64,000 nt of DNA from Octopus vulgaris (lineage: Eukaryota), in contig OX597815.1 of the NCBI GenBank assembly GCA_951406725.2, forward strand, positions 205,592,001-205,656,000. The letters run 5' to 3'. The notes under the pieces were generated by a model, which was not told where the DNA came from, did not search any database, and was given only the letters and a program-made list of their open reading frames with translations. Both the position numbers and the translations under genes were made by a program. The number at the start of each line of letters is the position of its first letter. The first letter of the stretch is position 1. Shown piece by piece: positions 51,248 through 62,619 of this stretch.

Positions 51248-51667
51248 CGTCCACGATCACTGCAAGCTCTACGAATGCAATTTCTTTATTACCCAGGACG
51301 GGCTGACAAAGATAAATAAAAACAAACAACACATTGGGGACATAAAATGCCAAAAAAAAAAAAATGTATGATAAAAATGAGAGGGTGAAAATGAAAGATG
51401 AAAGTGATGTTACCCGTCCCATCGGATAATATCACTTACCTGTCCTCTTTTCCTATCTCCTCCTCTTACAGTATTTCGAAAATTACGTGGTCCTCTAGTT
51501 TCCCCCCATACCTCTTCTCAAGTTCATATCTCTTGTCTGAGTTTATACTCTTTCTTACTAACATATAAACGTTGTTAAGTTCTTTTTCAAGTTCTTTTAC
51601 TTGGTTTCTTGTTAATAATACTTCCATACCCCCAGCCTCATCCCAGCTGTCTGTAATTTAACCTTTC

Positions 51668-51960
51668 GGATCTTTTCATTTTGACCGGCAGATTTTTACA
51701 ATAATTTCTTTGTAACTAAACACTTTTAAACTTCGTAAACTGGTAGAATGTGTTACATAAAACATCTTTTTCTCTTGGCATTCTTGAGAAAATTCTGTAG
51801 TTTGTAAGCTATTTGTTGTTAAATTTCTTGCATTTCGGCAATTTCAACCAATCAATGACATCTATTGAGGTGAATACAATTTCTACTGTTGTTTGTCAAC
51901 AACAATTTCCTGCGGTGTCTACTCAGTTTGTCACTTATTTATGAGAAAAAAGCCACCCTT
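51668..51960. mobile_element. M1-related MITE, right end missing
   Basis: Starts GGATCTTTTCATTTTGACCGGCAG and follows the family body. Confidence 0.75.
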
Positions 51961-52235
51961 CCTAACAAGTGATGTTGACGTAAAACGAATCCTTAGATAT
52001 TTGAGTGAACCCTACGGCGCTCACTCACATATCCCAAAGTCTTAAGTCATGAAAGAAGTTGGGAAAAGACTGGAAATTTTTTGACATCAAAGCCCAATTC
52101 ATAACATTTTCTAAATAAACGTTAATGATATTGTGATGTCATAATCACATTACGACACCGTTTTGACAATCTAGAGATAGAGAAAAAAAACAACAGCATG
52201 TACGAAATATTGGGATTGATATCAACAAAAAGATA

Positions 52236-52630
52236 TCTTTATATATAAAAGTGAAGTTGTGTGTCTGTCTCCTACGATTTAGATTCCTAACTACTCCCAC
52301 ATTTTGCGGTGCAGTTTAACCAAAAGCGGGTATCTTATAGTCGTGATTCATATCTAGCCCTTCTGGGTATTAGCGCGCGTCTACGATGAGTCTACGATTT
52401 AAAAAAAAATTTACCATCAATTTTTCCCATTTTTAATGCATTTTTTTGCTATTATATAAGGGAAGTAACTCTCTAAAAATGTATTATTAAATCTCAGAAC
52501 GTAAAAAGCTACAGTAACATCCCCCTTTGTGGTTGGCCATATTGAGATGGCTATTATACTTTACATCTCTAAAAATGCTTATATAGTTATTTCCCTTACA
52601 AACCCGAGCAACGCCGGGCGATACTGCTAG
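52236..52630 (+). mobile_element. Non-autonomous Helitron H1
   Basis: A|TC start, CCCGAGCAACGCCGGG hairpin, CTAG|T end. Confidence 0.87.
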
Positions 52631-52815
52631 TATGAATACGAAATTAAAAATTAGAAGTTCAAAGACAGAAGTAAATAGAGAATAGGGTGTAAAAAAGAAT
52701 AGGAGCACTATTATTTAGTAATGTAGATGGGGGCAGATAGAAGTATATAAGGTATACAATTAGGTATATACATAGAAGAATAATATTGATATGTTTTTGT
52801 TGAAATAGTGTTTCA

Positions 52816-53349
52816 TCATCATCATCGTTTAACGTCCGTTTTCCTTGCTAGCATGGGTTGGACGGTTCAACTGGGGTCTGGGAAGCCAGAAGGCTGCATC
52901 AGGCTCCAGTCTGATCTGGCAGTGTTTCTACGGCTGGATGCCCTTCCTAACGCCAACCACTCCGAGAGTGTAGTGGGTGCATTTTACGTGCCACCTTCAC
53001 AGGTGCCAGATGAGGCTGGCGAACGGCCACGCTCGGATGGTGTTTTTTTTATGTGCCACCGACACAGGTACCAGACGAGGCTGGCCAAAGGCCACGTTTG
53101 GATGGTGTTTTTTTTTATGTGCCACCGACACAGGTGCCAGACGAGGCTGGCGAACGGCCACGCTCGGATGGTGTTTTTTTTTATGTGCCACCGACTCAGG
53201 TGCCAGACAAGGCTGGCGAACGGCCATGCTCGGATGGTGTTTTTTATGTGCCACCGGCACGGAGGCCAGGCAAGGCTGGCATGGCCACGATCGGATGGTG
53301 TTTGTTACGTGCCAAATTCCATTGATGTTCATCGATTTTGATTTGATTT
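52816..53349 (-). mobile_element. RTE 3'-UTR insertion with ~60-bp subrepeats and a 40-bp TSD
   Basis: 52776-52815 is identical to 53350-53389. Confidence 0.85.
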
Positions 53350-53487
53350 AAGAATAATATTGATATGTTTTTGTTGAAATAGTGTTTCAAAATACGTAAT
53401 TATTTTTATAATACAGCTAGATGTGTTAAAGAATTTAACACACAAATGTATGTATATCCTCCCCACTCTTTCTCCTCCTCCTCCCCC

Positions 53488-55595
53488 CATCATCATCATC
53501 AATTAATATCTGTTTTCCATGCTGGGATGGGTTTGATGGGAGCTGGCCAGCTGAAGCACTGCCCAGGCTCTTTGTCTGTCTTGGCATGGTTTCTACGGTT
53601 GGATGCCCTTCCTAAAGCCAACCACTTTACAGAGTGTACTGGGTGTTTTTACGCTGCACCAACATATGGCACTGGTACTGATGCTTTTTACGTGGCACCA
53701 GCACCTACGAGCCTACAAGATTAGGGCTGCTCAACCGCAGGGGACAAACCTATATGCAAGGACAACCAAGCTTTTACTTAGCTCGACGTGGCTTCTCAAG
53801 CACAGCAAACTGCCTGGAGTCTCAGTCCCCTGTCATCCCCTCCGTGAGTCCCAAAGTTTGTTGATCCTTTCTCACCACTTTATCCCAATCTTCCTGGATC
53901 TGCCCCTTCCACATGTTCCCTCTACAATTAGAGACTGGCACCTCTTGATTCAACTGTCTTCATTCTTATGCATTACATGGCAGTATCAGCACAGCCTTCC
54001 CTCTTGCACATGCTCCACTTGATGCCTCATATACCCAGTTTTTTTCTCTCAAATCACTAACACTCTCGTATATGCATCAAGTGGTGCATACCGCCTTCAT
54101 TTCTTTCAAGCCTTTGCATATTCTCAGTAGTCACAGCCCATGTCTCACTGTCATGTAGCAGAGCTGTTCGTACACAGGCATCGTACAATCTGCCTTTCAC
54201 TCTGAAGGTGGGAGAGATCTTTCATTACTAACAGAGGTAGTAGCTCTCTGAACTTTGTCCAGCCTATTCTTATTGTAGTAGCTATGCTTTCAGATCAACC
54301 TCCCCCACTACTAACTTGTTCACCTAAGCAACAGAAAATGCCTACTACTTCTAAGGATCCACTGTGATATTTGAGGGAGTCTATTTTTTGTACATTCCTG
54401 GTGTTCAGTGTAGCTGCACATCTGCCATATGTAAAGACTACTTTTTCTGTTAGTCTCCCAGTGATACTGTTGCACCTCTTATGCGCCCATAGCTTGCACT
54501 GGATACACTTTATGGAGTTTCTCCTGACACTTTTTCTACATATCGAGCAGAGCCATCTCCCTGAAGGGGTCTGTGACTTGGCTGTTTTTCTACTTATCAA
54601 TACTTTGGTCTTTGCTGAATTAACTCTAAGGCATTTTGATTCCAGTTGTGGTTCCATACCTGAGTGGAGGCGCAATGACCCAGTGGTTAGGGCAGTGGAC
54701 TCGTGGTCGGAGGATCGCGGTTTCGATTCCCAGACCGGGCGTTGTGAGTGTTTATTGAGCGAAAACACCTAAGGCTCCACGAGGCTCTGGTGGAGATGGT
54801 GGTGATCCCTGCTGTGCTCTTTCACCACAACTTTCTCTCACTCTTACTTCCTGTTTCTGTTGTACCTTGTATTTCAAAGGGCCGGCCTTGTCACTCTCTG
54901 TGTCACGCTGAATATCCCTGAGAACTACGTTAAGGGTACACGTGTCTGTGGAGCGCTCAGCCACTTACACGTTAATTTCATGAGCAGGCTGTTCCGTTGA
55001 TCGGATCAACCGGAACCCTCGTCGTCGTAGCCAACGGAGTGCTTCCATCCATCCAAACCTGAAATTTCTTCCCTAGTTCTGGTAGTGATGCAGCAATAAG
55101 AACAAAGTCATTGGCATAGAGGAGCTCCCAAGGGCCGCAAGTCAAAATTCCTCAGTTATAGCTTGGAGAACCATGATAAATAAGAAGGGACTAAGAACTG
55201 AACCATGGTGGACTCTTACTTGTACACTAAACTCCTTGCTAATACTCATTAGCAACTCTCACCTTACTAACAGCATCCCTGTACATGGCTTGTACAGCTC
55301 TCACTAACCACTCATCTATCCCTAACTTCCAGATTGCCCATCAGATAAGGGAGTGAGGGTTCCTGTGAAAGGTTTTCTCCATGTCAACAAAAGCCAGGTA
55401 CAGAGGTTTATTTTTGGCCAAGTATTCCTCCTGCAGTTGCTTCACCAGGAAGATAGCACCAGTGGTGCTTCTCTCTGGCACAAATCCAAACTGCATCCCA
55501 TCTATACTAATTCTCTTCCTAATTAATTCCGCACTTTTCATCATCTGGTCCATCAATTTGATGCCTCTATAATTATTTCTGTTTAGGGCATTACT
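53488..55595 (-). mobile_element. Decayed RTE LINE (RT plus PHD-like finger), interrupted by SINE C
   Basis: NYRGIKL, MQFGFVP, LAFVDMEK, ELLYANDF, LRVNSAKTKV; (CAT)n tail near 53488. Confidence 0.82.
54664..55052 (+). mobile_element. SINE family C, full length, inserted in RTE
   Basis: Matches 933-1305; flanked by CCA(T/A)ACCTGA duplication. Confidence 0.87.
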
Positions 55596-58335
55596 CATCA
55601 TCATCCTTTAACGTCTGTTTTCCATGGGTTGGACGGTTCGACCCGGGTCTGGGAAGCCAGGAGGCTACACCAGGCTCCAGTCTGATCTGGCAGTGTTTCT
55701 ACAGCTGGATGTCCTTCCTAACGCCAACCACTCCGTGAGTGTTGTGGGTGCTTTTTACATGCCACCGGCACGGGCCAGAGGAGGGTGGCAATGGCCATGA
55801 CTGGCTGGTACTTTTTATGTGCCACCGGCACTGAAGCTAATCAAGGTGGCGCTGGCATTGGCCACGTTTGGATGGTGCTTTTTATATGCCACCGGCATGG
55901 GTATCACAATTACAATTTCCATTTGATTTTCATTTTGATGTTGATGTACTTGACTCAATAGGTCTTCTCAAGCACAGCAGGTTGCCCTACAATCCAAGGT
56001 ACTTTTGAATGGGCTGGAGGTGGTTATGCGAAACTGGTGTAAGATACAGCTGTGAACTCTATTTGCCAGGTTTTCGCAGTCACAGCATATCTCCAGAGGT
56101 CTCGGTCTTTTGTCATTGCCTCCTTCAGGCCCAACGTTCGAAGGTCATGCTTGACCATCTCGTCCCATGCCTTCCTGGGTCTACCTCTACTCCAGATTCC
56201 TTCAACAGTTCGGGATTGGCACTTCTTCACACATCTCTCCTCATCCATCCGTAGTACATGACCATACCAGCGCAAACGTCTCTCTTGCATGCCACATCCG
56301 ATGCTTCTTATGTCCAACTTTTCTCTCAAGGTGCTTACACTCTGTCGTGTGTGCACACTGACATTACCCATCCAGCGGATCATGCTAGCTTCATTTCTTT
56401 TGAGCCTACGCATGTCTTCAGCAGTCATAGCCCATGTTTCACTGCTGTGAAGCATGGCAGTTTGCACACATGCATTGTACAATCTACCTTTCACTCTGAG
56501 CGAGAGGCTCTTTGTCACCAGTAGGTGTAGGAGCTTTCTGAACTTTGCCCAGGCTATTCTTATTCAAGTGGTAACACTCTCTGAGCCTCCACCCTCTACT
56601 CCAGACTTGGTCACCTAGGTAGTGGAAGCTATCAACTACTTCTAGTTTCTCCCCCTGGAGTGTGATGGAATCTGCTTTCTGAGCACCTGTGGTGTTTATC
56701 GCCCCTATGCATCTGCTGCACACGAAAGCTATCTTCTTGGTTAATCTTCCTTTGATGTTGCTGCACCTCTTATGCGTCCATAGCTTACACTGGGTACATC
56801 TTATGGAGTTTCTACCCACACCTTTTCTACAGATCGTGCAGGGCCACCTACTTGAGTGGGGGTGCAATGTGTTTGCTTTCCTACTTACGTCTTTCCTACA
56901 TTGGTTTTTGCTACATTGATTCTAAGGCCTTTTGATTCTAAACCTTGCTTCCACACCCAAAATTTCTTTTCTAGTTCTGGTAGTGATTCTGCTATGAGGG
57001 CCAGGTCATCAGCATAGAGGAGCTCCCAGGGGTAACCCGTCTTGAATTCCTGTTATTGCCTCGAGGACTATGAATTCTACCTGGAATTCTTCACTATACT
57101 TACTCATTGCCAATCCTAACCTTACTAATGGCCTCCCTGTATAGGGCCTGTACAGCCCTTATAAACCATTCATCAATCCCCAGTTTCCACATTGCCCACC
57201 AGATAAGGGATCGGGGAACTCTGTCAAAGGCTTTCTCCAAGCCCACAAAAGCTAAGTATAGTGGTTTATATTTTGCTAGGTATTTCTCCTGCAGTTGTCG
57301 AACCAGGAATATAACATCAGTGGTGCTTCTACCCGGCACAAAACCGAACTGCATCTCATCTAAGCAGACTTTTTCCCTAATGAGATGGGCTATGACCCTC
57401 TCCGTGACCTTCATCACCTGATCCAGTAGTTTGATACCCCTTGTAGTTATTTCTATCTAGAGCATCACCTTTATTTACCCTTGTAGCAGTTGACTATGGT
57501 GCTGCTACGCCAGTCATTGGGTATGACTCCATTATGAACTACCTGGTTTACAATGTGGGTGACTAGGCCATAGCCCACACTACCAGATGTTTTAAGCATC
57601 TCAGCAGTTATTCCTGATGAGCCGGGGGATTTTCCTGGCTTTATACCCTTAATTTCTTTATCTACAAGCGAGTTGTCTATTCGGATAGCTGGTCTCTCTA
57701 CTGGGTCAACATTTGGCAGGCTCTCCTCCTCCCATTCATTCTCCATGTTCAGCAGTCTTTCATAATGGCTTCTCCAAGCCTCTTTCTTTTCCAAATCATT
57801 AAAAGCAAGTGCTCCATCACCCATGCGGACACATTTCTCTCCTGTGACATCACAATTTTCTCTCACACACTGTCTTGCAATCCCAAATACCTCAGTTCTT
57901 TGGTCCTCACATCGCTGGACATTGGCAAACTTCTTTTCTGCTTCGCCCTTGGCTATGTATACCTGCTGCCCAGCCTCCCTTTTGGCTACCTGGTACAGCT
58001 CCCTGCTACCCCCACCCTTCCACGCCTGTTTCTTTGCTCGAATGGCTTTGTCAACCATACTATTCCACTCCAGGTCTGGAAGTGACTTTACACCATCCAC
58101 AGACTTAGTCTGTGGCACTCAGCAAACTGTCCCATAGGAATTTCCAGCTACCTTCTATGTCCAAAGGTAGCTCCTCCTCCCTCTCATCAAATTTCTTGAT
58201 GAGGATGTCCCTAAATCTCTGGCCATGTGAAGGGTTCTTTAGCTTCCAAATCCTTCTTTTTTGGATTGGTCTGCTTCTTGGTATCCTTCTGGCCTTGAAC
58301 TTAAAATCACTAATGACTAGCCTCTGCTGGGGGGT
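55596..58335 (-). mobile_element. RTE LINE, 5'-truncated within the endonuclease, frameshifted ORF with PHD finger and long 3' UTR
   Basis: GKSPGSSGITAEMLK, IPNDWRSS, MQFGFVPGRSTTD, LEKAFDRVPR, ELLYADDL, RRLRWYGHV, RGRPRKAW. Confidence 0.9.
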
Positions 58336-58473
58336 AGTGTTTGTGTGTCTGTATATATGAATCTATGAATGTGTATGTTTGTATATATATATATATATAT
58401 ATATATACAAAATAAGAAAATGGAGAAACACACCTTAATCAATGATCAACTACCAGATAATACCCAAATATAT

Positions 58474-58692
58474 ATATGAAAGAAAAAAGATGTTCAGAAT
58501 GCTGGATGGTTGTAAAAATATATATTTATTTACATATCATATATTATTACTTCATATTAGCGCTTTCAACTACTCCTGTAGTTTCATCAGATTTTCTGAT
58601 GAAACTATGTGATATGTGAAATATGTGATATGTAAATAAATATATATTTTTACAACCATCCAGCATTCTGAACATCTTTTTTCTTTCATATT
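58474..58692. repeat. Inverted-repeat structure (~65-bp arms) of probable Penelope pLTR origin, in (TA)n/(TG)n microsatellite
   Basis: 58474-58540 is the reverse complement of ~58627-58692; inner hairpin TAGTTTCATCAGA-TTT-TCTGATGAAACTA. Confidence 0.75.
58558..58590 (-). ncRNA. Minimal type I hammerhead ribozyme core
   Basis: CTGATGA-AACTAC-AGGA-GTAGTT-GAAA-GCGC-TA on - strand; stem I weak. Confidence 0.6.
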
Positions 58693-58748
58693 TATTAAAT
58701 CTGTACAACACCCCCAATACTTCTAACATATATATATATATATATATC

Positions 58749-58839
<91 letters not shown>

Positions 58840-59131
58840 TTATTTTCCTATTGCCTTATCTTTATTATCTCACATCTTACTAATTATAATTAATTACATG
58901 ACTGATAAAACTATCTACCTGTTTATATAGTCAATACAGCCACTTTGAATATAACAATGTTTATTGGATATTTGTGTTAAATTATTATTTAATACAACAA
59001 TGTTATAATTACACACACATATATATATATATATGCATACATACATACGTACACACACAATATATAGAGTATAATTACTTTCTTTATTAGCCACATAAGG
59101 CTTAACACAGGGGACAGAAAAAAAAAATTGG

Positions 59132-59270
59132 ATTTCAGGTAGGCTCAAGTATGCTGATCACGTGAGAAACTATTTCAACCAATGAAATTCAAGCGCGCCA
59201 AACAGTTACTTTCCGTTTGTGCCTACGCTCTAGATATAAAGTCAGTTGCCAGAGATCAGCTAATCATTCG
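59132..59270 (+). promoter_or_regulatory. H2B copy 4 promoter: CACGTG 59159, CCAAT 59179, GCGCGCCAAA (E2F-like), TATAAA 59235, TCATTC cap site
   Basis: Conserved with 40180-40320; TATA about 30 nt before TCATTC. Confidence 0.75.
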
Positions 59271-59294
59271 TAGAGCTTGCAGTGATCGTTGAAG

Positions 59295-59654
59295 ATGTCA
59301 GACAGCGAAGATATCAAGAAACCCGTCAAGCCAAATTTAGCCAGATCGAAAAGCAAGAAAGTAAAGAGAAAGAGGAAAGAAAGCTATTCCAACTATATCT
59401 ATAAAGTTATGAAACAGGTCCATCCTCATACTGGAATCTCCAGCAAAGCGATGATCATCATGAACAGCTTCGTTAACGATTTGTTCGAGAGAATCGCTGC
59501 CGAAGCCAGTCGTTTGGCTCAGTACAACAGACGTTCGACCATCAGTAGTCGAGAGATTCAAACTGCCGTTCGGCTTTTGATTCCTGGCCAATTGGCCAAA
59601 CACGCAATGTCAGAGGGTACGAAGGCAATCACTAAATACACTAGCAGCGAATAA
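59295..59654 (+). CDS. H2B: Divergent histone H2B, copy 4 (119 aa; D51H, E105Q, K125E)
   Basis: Intact ORF from ATG 59295, promoter and stem-loop present. Confidence 0.92.
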   Translation: MSDSEDIKKPVKPNLARSKSKKVKRKRKESYSNYIYKVMKQVHPHTGISSKAMIIMNSFVNDLFERIAAEASRLAQYNRRSTISSREIQTAVRLLIPGQLAKHAMSEGTKAITKYTSSE

Positions 59655-59683
59655 ACACTTGCTGTAGTAATTTCTCTATCAAC

Positions 59684-59699
59684 GGCCCTTTTCAGGGCC
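59684..59699 (+). terminator. Histone 3' stem-loop of H2B copy 4
   Basis: GGCCCTTTTCAGGGCC; CATGAAAGTTT at 59711-59721. Confidence 0.92.
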
Positions 59700-60580
59700 A
59701 AATATATTTTCATGAAAGTTTATCTTTATCATGAATAGCAATGATATGCAACAGTTACGCTTTTATCTGTAATTCTTTCAGTATTTTAAAAGTGTTTACA
59801 TTTTAGGCTGAGCAATTCATCTTTCCACGATATTTCCTTTCTTGGTTTAATGTATATTTGTCTTAAGATGGAGAATCATTTCTTTATGACTTCGGCAATA
59901 TTAAGAGACTCTGTTTCAAAGTGTCACGTCTGAACGTCTTTCCAGCCGCAGAATGAAGTAGTCGATATCAATCGCTTTACAACCAATTCTCTTTTTTATT
60001 TTCCCAGTGTAGAATACTGCTTGGCAATCTTTAGTTAGATCAGCTTTAAGCTACTCTTACGTGAGAATTTGCTAATTTATATGTATGTAAACACGGAGCT
60101 TTGACTCAGTAATCTTTTGCAATTAGTAACTCAAATTTCTTCAGTGGCTTAGGGTGGTTTCCTTCTTTTGCAGAGCTTCTTCCTCATTTTGTATACATTT
60201 ACATCTTCAAACCAGAATGGCGTCGTAATTGTGTAATTATTTGTAATAGCTAAACTTGTTTGCAATAAATATCTTAGTCGTGAGTGATAGTTTTCCTCTA
60301 CGTTAATATTTTGCCAAGTTTCAAAAGTCAGCGACTTCGTTTTGAATGTGAACACGTGACAACATCATTTTGTAAGTACGATGTCTGTTGGGTTTTTTTC
60401 TAATGAGTTGTAATTAGCAGCAAAATTTTATTTTCATTCTTCGTCACGAAGTTCGTTGAGGGTACACTAAATAAGAAATAGTGGCACATTGTCATGAATA
60501 GTTTCATTAGCTGCAACAATAGCATCTAAAATGTCGCGTGTAAATATCAACAAACATGGGCTCTTGACTTAGAATTTTTG

Positions 60581-60764
60581 GGTACTACTTGACAACAGTG
60601 GTCCCGGTGCGCGCATCCGCGCTAGCTAGTCGTGACTATTCGATCCTACAACGACTACCTAGCAAAGTAAATAAAACAAAGTAAATAACACAAAGTAAGG
60701 ATCGATTAGTCATGACTAGCTGGCGCGAGTGCGCGCAACGGGACCACTGTTCTCAAGTAGAACC
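60581..60764. mobile_element. GG-terminal MITE family M2
   Basis: Long TIRs GGT.CTACTTGA.AACAGTGGTCCC...; flanks GAATTTTTG/CAATTTTTG (8 of 9). Confidence 0.8.
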
Positions 60765-62327
60765 CAATTTTTGTTTAAGTAAAATTCAGACGAAGATAGA
60801 AATTTAATTACAAACCATTTGTTATAATAGAATCTAATTGGCGCTAATCGTCATGTAAAGAAAACAACAATAGTAATATAGTGTTGATGGTGGTAAAAGT
60901 GGCAATGTGTTTTTGCAAGACGGCCAAAACTTCTTTAACCACAATTAATGGGACCCGAAGGATGAGAAGGGTGGTTATGAGATCTGGCGGACTGATAGGA
61001 AAAATACATAAGAGTAAGGTAAATGGAGCCCTAGAAACGAAAAGTGTGTCAGGTTTGGTGATCCTTGATCAGAAGTACTTTATTTTATATTTTTTTTAAC
61101 GAATGAAACCAAATTTACCTACATATGGAATGCTTTAATTCTTTTATAAATATTAATTCCAAATTTTGGCAGAAGGCCAAAAAATACTCAACTGATACTT
61201 TATTGATTTGAAAGGTTGAAAGGCAAAGTCGATCTGGACGGAATAATTCTTTTATAGATATTAAAATTATTTTGCATTATTAAACTTATATGCACAGTCT
61301 TCTGTCTTACACCAAATTTTAAAAACATTTTCAGGTTTCAAATTTCCTATCCAGCTAAAAACGGATTTTCTTCTTAGAAACAATGGTGCTTCTTGTCTCA
61401 TAGTATGCTTTGTGACCCCTTTTCAAGGAGTAGTTATTTCAAATAACCAAATGCACCCATTGATGTGTGTCACAGAAGATTTGGTAAGTTTCTCTAGCTT
61501 ATCAAATGACAAAGACCTTCTTGTAGGCCTGTACCAAATACGTTTAAAAAAAAATAATAAACACCACCAGAAATTCGATGTCCAAAAAATTTGAATACTA
61601 CTCACAATACAAGGTTAAAATCATACACCAGCCTTTTGAAAGTCAAAAGATTTCATGAAACACAGCATCTACATAGGTGTAATTTAGGAAACATTCCTAT
61701 AACCTTAACATATCACTACTAGGTATCATCTGCTCTCAGCAACTTAAAAATCATGGACTATTGTCTCAGGCTTTCTTGTGCTTTTCTTATAAACTCACTG
61801 CAATTTAATTCTCCAGTTCTTGATATCCATCTCTGTAATACTTGCTTTTCCTCTTCCTTCCCATTTATTTTGCCTTCTATTAACAGATTTTATAAATAAT
61901 CTTTTCTGTTTTAGTGTCCCAAATATTTTAGTTTCCTCTCTTCCATAGCATCTAAAGAAGTTTTCTTAGTTTTTGTCACCTCTGGCTTTGCGTCTTACTC
62001 AAGATATTCTCTAGAATATGTTGATGGTGTGTAGTCTATTATATTCAAGTTTCATTTTCATATAGTAGAATGGATCATGCATAGCTTTAATAATCTTTTT
62101 CCTGGTTTCTTGATGCTAATATGTTGGACATATTTTCAAATGATGTTTTTGCTATCTCAATCTTTTTACTGCTTTGATTGCACATACCCCAGATATAATT
62201 TATTCTTGATGTCTATTCAACTATTTTCTTCTCAACTTTATAATATTCCAAATTATGCACAAATCAGATTAGACAGACCCTTTCACAATTGGGATGTATT
62301 TATGAAATACATAAAACTATAAAAACT

Positions 62328-62556
62328 ATGAGAGTCCAGTTTGCTGGACATTGTTGTAGAGCTGAAAACGAGGCAATTTCTACTCTGGAAGCCATCTACT
62401 CGCAATACCAGAGGGCGCACACTCTCCTACCCTGATGTAATCTCCAGGGATACAGGCATCCAGCAACAGGACCTCCGTAATGCCATGATGGACCGTGAAG
62501 TCTGGCGTAGCATGGTAAATTCCATTGTCTCGACCACGGTTGAACAATGATGATGA
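62328..62556 (+). mobile_element. RTE/RTEX-type LINE 3' end
   Basis: QFAGHCCR...LLWKP...RGR...YPD...DTG...AMMDREVWR followed by (TGA)n. Confidence 0.65.
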
Positions 62557-62619
62557 TAAAGACCCACAGAGATATAAGAAATGAGATCCCTTAAATTAGT
62601 TGACAACACTGTACTAGAA

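Noticed and set aside
59289-59294. ORF-track start at TTG 59289 for H2B copy 4
   Set aside because: Paralogues start at MSDSED; the ATG at 59295 is the consistent start.
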